31,251 nucleotides of DNA from a virus (Duplodnaviria; Caudoviricetes): IMG/VR virus record IMGVR_UViG_3300030372_000694, positions 1 through 31,251 of that record; one strand, written 5' to 3'. The notes beneath the pieces are model-generated. The model was given only the letters and a program-made list of their open reading frames with translations. It was not told where the DNA came from and searched no databases. The position numbers and the translations under genes are program-made. Shown here in pieces: positions 19,630 to 27,921 of this stretch (position 1 is its first letter; each line of letters begins with the position of its first letter).

Positions 19630-20570
19630 ACCGTTTCTTATCGGAGGAGCTGGTTCTCTATTTGTACTGGATAGAAGAACGTGAGCGCATTCGGATAAAG
19701 AAAGAGGATCTACAAGAAAAACCCCCTTGGACAGAAGACGAGATCTTACAGAAGTTTAAGTTTTGTCAGGTGTTTAGGGAGGATGATCGGACTACTCGTT
19801 GGTTTAAAACTCACATACGACAACCGTTACGAGATAAGCCAGAAGTTTTTATGGCTACAGTAGCTTTTAGATTTTTTAACTTGATAGAAACAGGCAGGAC
19901 GTTACTTGATCACAATCTGCATATCGAGTGGGATCGAAAGAAAGCTATCGAAGAGATTTATAAACAACCTAAATGGGTGACGGGTGCTTACATTGTAAAA
20001 AGCCCTAACCGTATGGATAAGGTAACTGGTGTAGCAGAGTGTGTAACTCATATCTGGGTCGAGCGAGAACGTATCATAAAAGATTTAGAAAGACTGAGTA
20101 CGTTAGCTGATGCATGGCAATATTTATTACGATTCCCATACATAGGGCCATTCGTTGCTTACGAGATGGTGACTGATTTACGACACACTTATTTATTAGA
20201 AAACGCAACAGATATTTGTGAGTGGGCTAACGCAGGACCAGGAGCTATGAGAGGTCTAAACAGATTAACTGGCAGACCGCTAGAGTTTTGTAAACGCAGC
20301 CACGATTGGTTATCAGAGATGCAGGATCTATATGATATATGTGTCTCTGAACTAACAATTCCAGGTGTTACATCAACTGACGAGCATTACCGTATGCCGT
20401 TCGAGATGAGAGAAGTAGAAGGAGGACTTTGCGAATTCGATAAGTATTCGCGCATCATGAAAGAAGAAGGACGCACTCGTAGTGTTTACGATTACGACAA
20501 TTTAAAAATGCCACTAGTAGAAGATATAGAGAAAGGAGAAAGCAGATGGGGAAACTTAAACAACACATAA
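19626..20570 (+). CDS. 5-hmdU DNA kinase-like protein (aGPT-Pplase1 / HMUDK helical family)
   Basis: ERERIR....PPWTEDEILQKFKFCQVFREDDRTTRW, FRFFN..ET, TGAY, GPFVAYEMVTDL, GPGAMRGL, EGGLCEFDKY. Start taken at ATG 19626 (ATGA overlap). Confidence 0.85.
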   Translation: MNRFLSEELVLYLYWIEERERIRIKKEDLQEKPPWTEDEILQKFKFCQVFREDDRTTRWFKTHIRQPLRDKPEVFMATVAFRFFNLIETGRTLLDHNLHIEWDRKKAIEEIYKQPKWVTGAYIVKSPNRMDKVTGVAECVTHIWVERERIIKDLERLSTLADAWQYLLRFPYIGPFVAYEMVTDLRHTYLLENATDICEWANAGPGAMRGLNRLTGRPLEFCKRSHDWLSEMQDLYDICVSELTIPGVTSTDEHYRMPFEMREVEGGLCEFDKYSRIMKEEGRTRSVYDYDNLKMPLVEDIEKGESRWGNLNNT

Positions 20571-20782
20571 TAGAAGCCGAAGAAGAGTTTACTGACTCAG
20601 TTATGTATTACTACGGTAGGTTCTTACAAGCGTGTATGCGGGATCATAGTCTTCCTAATAAGAAGATGGATGCACTAGACGCTATCTATTGGTGTTTATC
20701 TTTAGAAGGAAAGGAGATAAGTCGATTACAAATCGAACACATTATCAACTTAAACACGGAGAGCTTGTATGAAGGTGATTAG
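20546..20782 (+). CDS. Hypothetical protein
   Basis: 78 aa, AAAGGAGA RBS; overlaps both neighbours. Confidence 0.65.
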   Translation: MGKLKQHIIEAEEEFTDSVMYYYGRFLQACMRDHSLPNKKMDALDAIYWCLSLEGKEISRLQIEHIINLNTESLYEGD

Positions 20783-21839
20783 TGCTCGCAATGTAAATAG
20801 AGCTATGCAGTTAGGCGTAGACTTTTTTAGAGGACCAGAAGGCGTCAACTACAGAAAGCAAGAAAGCCGTAACGGTATGACTCGAGAAGCAATTACTCCT
20901 GTAACTACTGTCTACCAGAAGCCGTGGGAACGAGTATTGTTTAGCACAGAGCGAGATGCTAATCCTTTCTTTCATTTATTCGAATCAATCTGGATGTTAG
21001 CAGGGTCTAACGATCTTAGTAAACTGCTGTACTTCAACAGTGGTATGGCACAGTTTTCAGATGATAATCAAACACTTAACGGTGCTTATGGACATCGTTG
21101 GCGTAACCGTTTTGATCGAGATCAACTTACACAAGTGATTGTTATGTTGAGTGAAGACCCTGATACTCGTCGGGTAGTTTTACAGATGTGGGATCCTTTC
21201 GCAGACCTCGATAGTCCTAGTAAAGATATTCCTTGTAATACGAATATCTATTTTAAAATCCGAGATAATAAACTACAGATGACTGTCTGTAACAGATCGA
21301 ATGATATGCTGTGGGGAGCTTACGGTGCTAACGCTGTCCATATGTCTGTATTACAAGAATATATAGCTGCATCTTTAGAATTAGAGATGGGGCCGTACTA
21401 CCAAGTTAGTGATAGTTTTCATGTTTACGAAAACAATGTCTGGGATAAAGTGAAAGATATTCCTATCGAGGGCTTAGGATCATGGTATACAAACACTTAC
21501 CCTGATCCGCATTACCCTTTAGTAAACAACCCTGCTACATTCTTAAAAGAATGCGAAGATTTTATACACAGTGCATTGCCTACTAGAGAGTCAGGAAAGC
21601 CAGAACCTGTAGATAAATTTTCATACGACTTTTTTGACGGGGACAAATATACAAATACATTTTTCCCTGACGTAATGTTACCGATGGTAGCATCTTACAA
21701 AGCCCACAAAGAACGAGATTATAAGGACGCCTATGCTCACCTTGCGACAATTAAAGCGGAGGATTGGCAGCAAGCCTGTTTCCACTGGATTAAAAGAAGA
21801 CAAATCAAATGGGAGATTAAAAATGCCACTAGATCCTAA
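20769..21839 (+). CDS. Thymidylate-synthase-family enzyme, probably dUMP hydroxymethylase
   Basis: YG.RW, DPDTRR, catalytic PC (IPCN), RSNDMLWGAYGAN with Asn at the dUMP-specifying position, SFHVY. Lies next to the hmdU kinase. Confidence 0.85.
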   Translation: MKVISARNVNRAMQLGVDFFRGPEGVNYRKQESRNGMTREAITPVTTVYQKPWERVLFSTERDANPFFHLFESIWMLAGSNDLSKLLYFNSGMAQFSDDNQTLNGAYGHRWRNRFDRDQLTQVIVMLSEDPDTRRVVLQMWDPFADLDSPSKDIPCNTNIYFKIRDNKLQMTVCNRSNDMLWGAYGANAVHMSVLQEYIAASLELEMGPYYQVSDSFHVYENNVWDKVKDIPIEGLGSWYTNTYPDPHYPLVNNPATFLKECEDFIHSALPTRESGKPEPVDKFSYDFFDGDKYTNTFFPDVMLPMVASYKAHKERDYKDAYAHLATIKAEDWQQACFHWIKRRQIKWEIKNATRS

Positions 21840-22155
21840 GTGGATGGAGATGAAAGATATCGCTCAGAACGATATTACTAGTCTGATCGAATCTGAAAAA
21901 TCTTACGGCGACTCCTGGAAACGACGAGGCGGTACAGGTGCATTTATGATGTTAGCTAGAAAGTTCGACCGTATCGAACAACAAGCTGAATCTTGTAACT
22001 ACGATATCTTCGAAGCTGGTCGTAGATACGATGGCGAAAACGGATTACTCGACGATATCGGAGACTTGAGACGGTATCTATTTTTAGTAGAACACCACAT
22101 TAGACATTCACAACCACAGGTGCTTTTAAGTGCAGATACCCCTGATCCAACCTGA
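21823..22155 (+). CDS. Nucleotide-modification-associated domain 1 (DUF1599/MazG-like) protein, putative dNTP pyrophosphatase
   Basis: KSYGDSW....RKFDRIE....DDIGDLRRY pattern. Start taken at ATG 21823, after GGGAG. Confidence 0.65.
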   Translation: MPLDPKWMEMKDIAQNDITSLIESEKSYGDSWKRRGGTGAFMMLARKFDRIEQQAESCNYDIFEAGRRYDGENGLLDDIGDLRRYLFLVEHHIRHSQPQVLLSADTPDPT

Positions 22156-23995
22156 AAGTGATTGGGCAGCTCCGTCTGTCTTACCCTCTTTCGATCCTTA
22201 CGAAACATTAGCAGTCGACTTAGAAACACGAGACCCTAACTTACGAATTAAAGGACCAGGATGGCCAACAGGTGACGGTGCGATAATTGGTATTGCTATA
22301 GCTAGTGACAGTTGGAGTGGTTACTTACCTATCTGCCATGATGGTGGAGGTAATTTAGATGAAGAGTTAGTCTTACGCTGGCTCAAAAATACCCTTGAAA
22401 ATCATAAAGGTACGCTTGTTTTCCATAATTCACTTTACGATGTAGGGTGGTTAAAAGCTTATGAGATCGAACTAAAATGTGATATCCGTGATACGATGTT
22501 TGCTGCTCCGTTGTTTGATGAGAACAGGTGGTCGTATTCTTTAAACAATCTAGGACAAGATTTCTTAGCTGAGTCGAAAGACGAAACTCTTTTAGAGAGT
22601 GCCTCGAAAGCATGGGGCGTAGATAAAAAGAGTGGCATGTGGGCACTCCCTGCAAAATATGTTGGGCCATACGCTGAACAAGATGCAGTGATGACTCTGA
22701 AGTTATGGAAGATATTTAAGAAGAGGATCGAGACTGAGGGACTACAAAAGATCTTTGATTTAGAGTGTGCTTTGATTCCGTTACTGATCGAGATGCGATG
22801 GCGCGGTGTTCGGATCGATTTAGATCGGACAGAACAACTTGCAAAAGAGCTCTCGCAAAAAGAACAACAGATTTTAGTAGAGTTTAAAAGAAAGTTTGGG
22901 ATCGACGTAGAGATCTGGTCGAACGCTTCGATCGAAAAAGCTTTTAAAAAGAATGACATATGGTATCCACATACCGAGAAAGGTATGGCTAGTTTTCAAG
23001 CAAACTGGCTCGAGAGTCACGAACATGAACTACCGAAGATGTTAGTAGCTGCTCGGAAGTTAAATAAAGCTCGGACTACGTTTATCGACGGAATGATTTT
23101 AGAACACGTAGACGATGATGGACTAATACATGCTGAAGCCCACCCACTACGAAACGATGGTGGGGGAACCGTGACTGGTCGGTTTAGTTATTCGAATCCA
23201 AACTTACAACAAGTACCAGCTCGAGACCCAGAGATCGGTAAACTAATTAGATCACTCTTTATTCCAGAAGAGGGAGCGCACTGGGGAGCTTTTGATTACT
23301 CTCAACAAGAACCCAGGATTACAGTGCACTACGCCTCATTGCTGGGTCTGACAGGGGCAGATGAAGCAGTAGAAGCTTACTCGAGTCAAGACGCAGACTT
23401 CCACCAGATCGTAGCTGATATGGCTAACATCCCTCGGAAACAAGCTAAAGATATAAATCTTGGTCTGACCTACGGCATGGGTAAAGATAAATTGGTACGT
23501 GAACTCGGATTAGAAACTGACGAAGCAAACGCTTTGCTAAATACTTACCATGATCGAGTGCCTTTCATAAGAGGCTTACAAGACATGTGTTCTCGGATGG
23601 CGACTCAACGAGGATATATAACTACCCTCGGAGGTCGGCAATGCCACTTTGACTTATGGGAGGCGGTCGGATACTTACATCATGAGAAACAAGCTCCTCT
23701 ACCATTACAAGAAGCTAAAGATAAATACGGGGATAATCTCAAACGATCATTTACATATAAGGCACTGAATCGGCTGATACAGGGATCGGCTGCGGATATG
23801 ACTAAACTAGCGATGCTAGATCTCTGGAAGGAAGGACTAGTACCACATTTACAGATACACGACGAATTAGATTTCTCGGTTAGATCGGAGGAGGAGGCAG
23901 AGATAATAATAGATCGGATGGTCAACTGCGTCGAGTTGAAAGTACCTTTGGTAGTAGATTACGAAAAAGGACAAACTTGGGGCGATGCTAAATGA
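22130..23995 (+). CDS. polA: Family A DNA polymerase with 3'-5' exonuclease
   Basis: ExoI DLET, ExoII HNSLYD, ExoIII YAEQD, TGRFS..NPNLQQVP, motif A DYSQQE, motif B RKQAKDINLGLTYG, motif C IHDE. Confidence 0.96.
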   Translation: MQIPLIQPESDWAAPSVLPSFDPYETLAVDLETRDPNLRIKGPGWPTGDGAIIGIAIASDSWSGYLPICHDGGGNLDEELVLRWLKNTLENHKGTLVFHNSLYDVGWLKAYEIELKCDIRDTMFAAPLFDENRWSYSLNNLGQDFLAESKDETLLESASKAWGVDKKSGMWALPAKYVGPYAEQDAVMTLKLWKIFKKRIETEGLQKIFDLECALIPLLIEMRWRGVRIDLDRTEQLAKELSQKEQQILVEFKRKFGIDVEIWSNASIEKAFKKNDIWYPHTEKGMASFQANWLESHEHELPKMLVAARKLNKARTTFIDGMILEHVDDDGLIHAEAHPLRNDGGGTVTGRFSYSNPNLQQVPARDPEIGKLIRSLFIPEEGAHWGAFDYSQQEPRITVHYASLLGLTGADEAVEAYSSQDADFHQIVADMANIPRKQAKDINLGLTYGMGKDKLVRELGLETDEANALLNTYHDRVPFIRGLQDMCSRMATQRGYITTLGGRQCHFDLWEAVGYLHHEKQAPLPLQEAKDKYGDNLKRSFTYKALNRLIQGSAADMTKLAMLDLWKEGLVPHLQIHDELDFSVRSEEEAEIIIDRMVNCVELKVPLVVDYEKGQTWGDAK

Positions 23996-24231
23996 GAATA
24001 CGAAGTCTTACGCAAGAGCAGATTTCTACTTACGAAGAACGCAATGCAAAGATATTTGATCTATATACTAATCAGAAGATGACTATGGAGGCCATCGGAG
24101 AAAAGTTTGGGATTACTAAAGCTCGAGTCTGGCAGATCGTGACTCGGTGTTTAGAAGGACAAGGGGATTACTACGCTTTCCATCGAAGGAGATATGAATG
24201 CCAAAAGAAGCTTCACTCTGGCAACTCTTAA
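23992..24231 (+). CDS. Small HTH DNA-binding protein (sigma70 region 4-like)
   Basis: TMEAIGEKFGITKARVWQIV helix-turn-helix. Confidence 0.75.
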   Translation: MRIRSLTQEQISTYEERNAKIFDLYTNQKMTMEAIGEKFGITKARVWQIVTRCLEGQGDYYAFHRRRYECQKKLHSGNS

Positions 24232-24593
24232 GAGAGAACTTATCGAAAGAGGTGCATTTTCAACGGATCGAGACGGGAGGTACAGCTAAAGGAGTACCTG
24301 ATGTCAACTTATGTTATCAAGGAAAGGAAATCTGGATCGAACTAAAATCAATTACAGGAAACAAATTAACTCTGAGTGAGTTTCAGATTGTGTGGATGCA
24401 CAACCGAGATAAAAGTGGAGGTAAGTGTTTGATTTTAGTCAAGAAAGAAAAACAAATACGAGCGTTCGATGTAGCTGATTATGAACTAGAGGATTTTTTA
24501 GATGGCAAAGTTAAGTGGAATAGTGACTTTTACTATGGTCTTACTCCTCCTTACGATTGGGAAGACTTCCACCGTTTTCTTAAACGGTTCTAA
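24198..24593 (+). CDS. VRR-NUC / PD-(D/E)xK nuclease (Holliday junction resolvase-like)
   Basis: RIE...GVPD....WIELK....Q..W motif; AAGGAG RBS. Confidence 0.85.
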   Translation: MPKEASLWQLLRENLSKEVHFQRIETGGTAKGVPDVNLCYQGKEIWIELKSITGNKLTLSEFQIVWMHNRDKSGGKCLILVKKEKQIRAFDVADYELEDFLDGKVKWNSDFYYGLTPPYDWEDFHRFLKRF

Positions 24594-24595
24594 CT

Positions 24596-24630
24596 TAGTG
24601 CTTTACTTTCCTAAAGTGGGCGGTTAAGGT
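24596..24630 (+). promoter_or_regulatory. TAGTGCTTTAC promoter
   Basis: TAGTGC-TTTACT, 17 bp spacer, TAAGGT; hairpin at 24638-24658. Confidence 0.75.
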
Positions 24631-24688
24631 ATTAAAAGTAGCGCCGTGACAGCGTTACCAAAGAAAGTAGAAATAACAGGAGACCAAT

Positions 24689-25717
24689 ATGGTTGCAGCA
24701 GTAGAGACGATGGCCTGGACAGGCCAAGTACCGTGGCACGGTGAGGGGTTAGAAGTACCCCCTGACTTAACGCCGTATGAAATGATGAAAGCAGCGGAGT
24801 TAGATTGGACGGTTAGTAAACGCCCTATTTATACTACGCACAAACCTGTTAGTGAGTATCAGGTTAAACAAGATGAGGACGGTAACAAATACTATGCTGA
24901 CCTCGAAATTATTAACAACCCTGACCGTTTCGCGCTTATGCGTGATAGTGACGGGGCGTGGTTAGGTGAGTGTTCCGGCGATTACCAAGTAATACAAAAC
25001 GAGCGCATCTTCGACTTCTTCCAGAAGTTTTCTAAACACGCTAATATCTCTATGGAAACGGCGGGTAGCTTACGTGGAGGTAAAGACATCTTCGGGTTAG
25101 CTAAACTAAACGACAGCTTTGCACTTCCAGGAGGCGATGAGATAAATGGTTTCGTATTATTTCGTCAGCCACACCAACCTGGATACGCTATGTCAATACG
25201 CGATACCGAAGTTCGTGTTGTATGTAGTAATACATTACAACTAGCGTTACGACAAAAAGCAGCAGCAAACTTTACGATGTCTCACCGTACAGCGTTTAAC
25301 GATGTAAAAGAAGATGAGGCGTTACGAACTATGGGTGCTGTATACGAACGGCGTGCAGAGTTTAAAGAAGCTGCTGAGTTCCTCGCTAAGAAAAAAGCTA
25401 AAGATGAACAGGTACTAGAGTTTATCTCTAAACTTTACCAACCTAAAATCTTTGAGGATTACAAACCAGAAGAAGGCCCAATACAAGATCACTTTAGTAA
25501 TACTGCTAAAACAGTATTCGAAGCTCTTGTAACTGCCCCAGGAGCTGATACTAAATCAGCAAAAGGGACGTGGTGGGGTGCACTTAACGCAGTAACTTTT
25601 GTAGAAGATCACCAGCGCACAGGCGAGAACAAAGTGTATAACGCTATGTTCGGTGAGGCCTCTAAGCGAAAGACTACCGCGATGAACCTAGCCCTTGATT
25701 ATGCGAAGGCAGCTTAA
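24689..25717 (+). CDS. DUF932-family phage/plasmid protein
   Basis: PWHGEG, A.LDWTV, ETAGSL.GG, VRVVCSNTL, GTWWGALNAVT...DH motifs. Confidence 0.88.
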   Translation: MVAAVETMAWTGQVPWHGEGLEVPPDLTPYEMMKAAELDWTVSKRPIYTTHKPVSEYQVKQDEDGNKYYADLEIINNPDRFALMRDSDGAWLGECSGDYQVIQNERIFDFFQKFSKHANISMETAGSLRGGKDIFGLAKLNDSFALPGGDEINGFVLFRQPHQPGYAMSIRDTEVRVVCSNTLQLALRQKAAANFTMSHRTAFNDVKEDEALRTMGAVYERRAEFKEAAEFLAKKKAKDEQVLEFISKLYQPKIFEDYKPEEGPIQDHFSNTAKTVFEALVTAPGADTKSAKGTWWGALNAVTFVEDHQRTGENKVYNAMFGEASKRKTTAMNLALDYAKAA

Positions 25718-26004
25718 TGGCACAGGTACATAAGTTTACAAACTCTGTAATCTTGGACGCAGACACCGCCAGTGGACTCTGGTGGTGTCTGAACGTTTTG
25801 TCAGACGAGGATGTTCTCGAACGTCCTCTGAACGACTTCAAAGATATACAACAAGCCGGTAAACATTCTATGCGAACACTTGTTTCTAAGATGACACAGC
25901 AGGGCTGTCAGCTGTCGAACAAAATTAGTAACAAAGCTGATCGCGATGATTTCTTTGCCATTCAAGGATTAGTTAAGAAAACGGAGGAACTCGTTAATGA
26001 GTGA
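25717..26004 (+). CDS. Hypothetical protein
   Basis: 95 aa, TAATG coupling with the previous gene. Confidence 0.6.
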   Translation: MAQVHKFTNSVILDADTASGLWWCLNVLSDEDVLERPLNDFKDIQQAGKHSMRTLVSKMTQQGCQLSNKISNKADRDDFFAIQGLVKKTEELVNE

Positions 26005-26344
26005 TGATTTCGAGTGGGGTGATCTCCCCGCAGATAGTAGACGTAAGTCAAAGATTGATTGGGAGTCGTGGCCAGAGCCTCGCGAGATAAATAAGAAAAT
26101 GCAATACGCATTTAAATTCTTCCAGCCTGATGGTGGGAGTGATACGACTAAAGCGTTGAAAAATAGGATGGACCAATCTTGGAGAGGTTGGGTCAAAAAG
26201 CAGCGTACTTACTTTGAAAAAGACGGTAAGAGATTTTGTAGGACTCCGCACTTTATGTCGAGAGTCGTTTTGAAAAACGAACTGTCTGGGGTAAACGTGG
26301 CGAGGATCGAGGACTCAATAGTTGAAGTAGAGGGGGAAAACTAA
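25997..26344 (+). CDS. Hypothetical protein
   Basis: 115 aa, GGAGG RBS; overlaps the previous gene. Confidence 0.65.
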   Translation: MSDDFEWGDLPADSRRKSKIDWESWPEPREINKKMQYAFKFFQPDGGSDTTKALKNRMDQSWRGWVKKQRTYFEKDGKRFCRTPHFMSRVVLKNELSGVNVARIEDSIVEVEGEN

Positions 26345-26581
26345 ATGGAACCATCAGACGACAAAATAGATGTTTTAGCTGAATTAATAGCAGCGAAAGA
26401 TCAAACGTCTTACATAAGTCGAGAGCTTGCAGCTTTTGTGACACAGTTACAAGATCTAGCTAGTCGATTAGACGAAGTTATCCAGATGGTAATAGATGAT
26501 AGGCGCGAAGAGGGAATGGTAGATTCCGGCGAGCCTTCGAGTGGATACGTTAATCAGGATCCAGACTTAAAGAAGCACTAA
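26345..26581 (+). CDS. Hypothetical coiled-coil protein
   Basis: 78 aa, abuts the previous stop; GAGGGG RBS. Confidence 0.6.
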   Translation: MEPSDDKIDVLAELIAAKDQTSYISRELAAFVTQLQDLASRLDEVIQMVIDDRREEGMVDSGEPSSGYVNQDPDLKKH

Positions 26582-26589
26582 GCTCGTGT

Positions 26590-26624
26590 TAGTGCTTTAC
26601 TTTCGTAGTTTCCTGCGTTACCGT
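26590..26624 (+). promoter_or_regulatory. TAGTGCTTTAC promoter
   Basis: TAGTGC-TTTACT, 17 bp spacer, TACCGT; hairpin CCTAC-TTA-GTAGG at 26632-26644. Confidence 0.7.
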
Positions 26625-26680
26625 ATAGGTTCCTACTTAGTAGGCAGAAAGTAGAATGGCAGATAGAAAGGAGAATCAAA

Positions 26681-27112
26681 ATGCCAGCGACGAAGAAGAA
26701 GGCAGCACCAGCTGTCAAAGCTGATAGTGCTGTCGGGAAGGCGACACTAAAACCAGTGAAAGTTGCTAAAGTGCCAGTGGCAGAAGCAACGAGTAAAGGA
26801 AAGGGTATGCAACGTTTTAGGTACACCGGCAAGAAAGCTAGTGAGCGTGTTAAAACTGCTGGACAGTTTATCGGGCTTACGCAAGCATTGGAAGAGAACA
26901 TGGGTATCGAACATAAAGATTTCGATCGTGGTTCTTTTACTATAGCCGAGCTTATGGACTATGCAGTTCTTGAAGGTCACGTTGAAATGAGACGTGACGA
27001 GGATAGAGATCCTGTAGCCGAACAAGCGAGGATCACTAAACAAAAGAAGCGGATTGCAGCAGAATACAAAAAGCACCTTATCGAAGAGGGCTTTATTGTT
27101 TTGCGTATCTAG
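26681..27112 (+). CDS. Hypothetical basic protein with Ala/Lys/Pro-rich N-terminus
   Basis: 143 aa, AGAAAGGAGA RBS; has its own promoter and terminator. Confidence 0.75.
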   Translation: MPATKKKAAPAVKADSAVGKATLKPVKVAKVPVAEATSKGKGMQRFRYTGKKASERVKTAGQFIGLTQALEENMGIEHKDFDRGSFTIAELMDYAVLEGHVEMRRDEDRDPVAEQARITKQKKRIAAEYKKHLIEEGFIVLRI

Positions 27113-27119
27113 CAAAGTG

Positions 27120-27147
27120 TGGGGGGCATAGCCCCCCATCTTTTTTT
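27120..27147 (+). terminator. Rho-independent terminator
   Basis: TGGGGGGC-ATA-GCCCCCCA hairpin followed by TC and T7. Confidence 0.85.
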
Positions 27148-27159
27148 GGAGGGAACTTT

Positions 27160-27321
27160 ATGGATGTACAAACATTCGGAAGAAAACTAAAAAACGTCCA
27201 AGCTGCACAAAGACGGACTATCGACCCAAAGATGAAAAAGTATTGGTGCGATGTAGAAGTGACTTTGCGTACAGGATATAGGAGATCTACGTGCGATTCG
27301 AAACTTTCAAACGCAATTTAA
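27160..27321 (+). CDS. Small hypothetical protein (53 aa, not in the ORF track)
   Basis: GGAGGG RBS, ATG at 27160, MDVQTFGRKL...KLSNAI*. Confidence 0.5.
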   Translation: MDVQTFGRKLKNVQAAQRRTIDPKMKKYWCDVEVTLRTGYRRSTCDSKLSNAI

Positions 27322-27728
27322 AAATTAGACCAGCCGGTCGACCAGGATACGAGATTGCTGAATACGATATCTTTGAGAAGATGTATTTAGAAGACCCTGC
27401 ATTCGACCATGTTAACGATATGCAAGACTTTCATGACCGAGCAGTGTACATGTACCCAGACTTCCATGATATGGAGCGTGATTATTTAGACGCTGCTCAA
27501 GATGAGGTCGATATCGGTATGACGATAGGACCACACCCACAGTGCGAAGGCTGGCACGCACCAAAACCTATTGACGGTTATACCTCCATAGATTGTTTGA
27601 TCTGTGGACAACAAAAGATTTTATTTAAGAATTTACCTGAGATAACTGCTTTGATGAGACAAACAGTTGTTGAAGAGGTAGAAGAGATTCCGGACACTCC
27701 GAGTAGGGGAGCAGGAGCCTCAGCTTGA
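27291..27728 (+). CDS. Hypothetical protein with Cys/His motifs
   Basis: GTG start with AGGAG RBS; HPQC...CLICG possible Zn ribbon. Confidence 0.6.
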   Translation: MRFETFKRNLKIRPAGRPGYEIAEYDIFEKMYLEDPAFDHVNDMQDFHDRAVYMYPDFHDMERDYLDAAQDEVDIGMTIGPHPQCEGWHAPKPIDGYTSIDCLICGQQKILFKNLPEITALMRQTVVEEVEEIPDTPSRGAGASA

Positions 27729-27911
27729 GCCTTTTTCATAAAATGTTTTTTTCTCGATTTTGTAGAGGTCGGTGATTTTTGGCGTTTTATGTTCCTAGGA
27801 CGAGAAACAGATTCGATGAACAGTGGCGTTCGGAATGCTGATGGTAATGACTTTAGGTCGTTGCTACTAGTGATATTCATTAGTAGAGCCGTTAATCGAA
27901 TCAACTCCTGC
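27711..27911 (+). ncRNA. Candidate ~200 nt multibranch structured RNA
   Basis: Closing stem GCAGGAG/CTCCTGC, nested stems 27750-56/27801-07 and 27810-21/27891-902, plus hairpins with G-U pairs. Confidence 0.5.
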
Positions 27912-27921
27912 AAATTTAATT

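Noticed and set aside
20769-21839. TS homologue as a T4-like dCMP hydroxymethylase
   Set aside because: It has Asn rather than Asp at the specificity position, and its neighbours are uracil-pathway genes.
27718-27737. Terminator after ORF 27291
   Set aside because: Only a 4 bp stem (CTCA/TGAG) precedes the T run; it is better explained as part of the larger fold.
27706-27915. Possible tRNA or tmRNA (GGGG start, TCGAATC near the 3' end)
   Set aside because: There is no proper T-arm, no cloverleaf and no CCA/tmRNA acceptor end. Kept only as an unclassified structured RNA.
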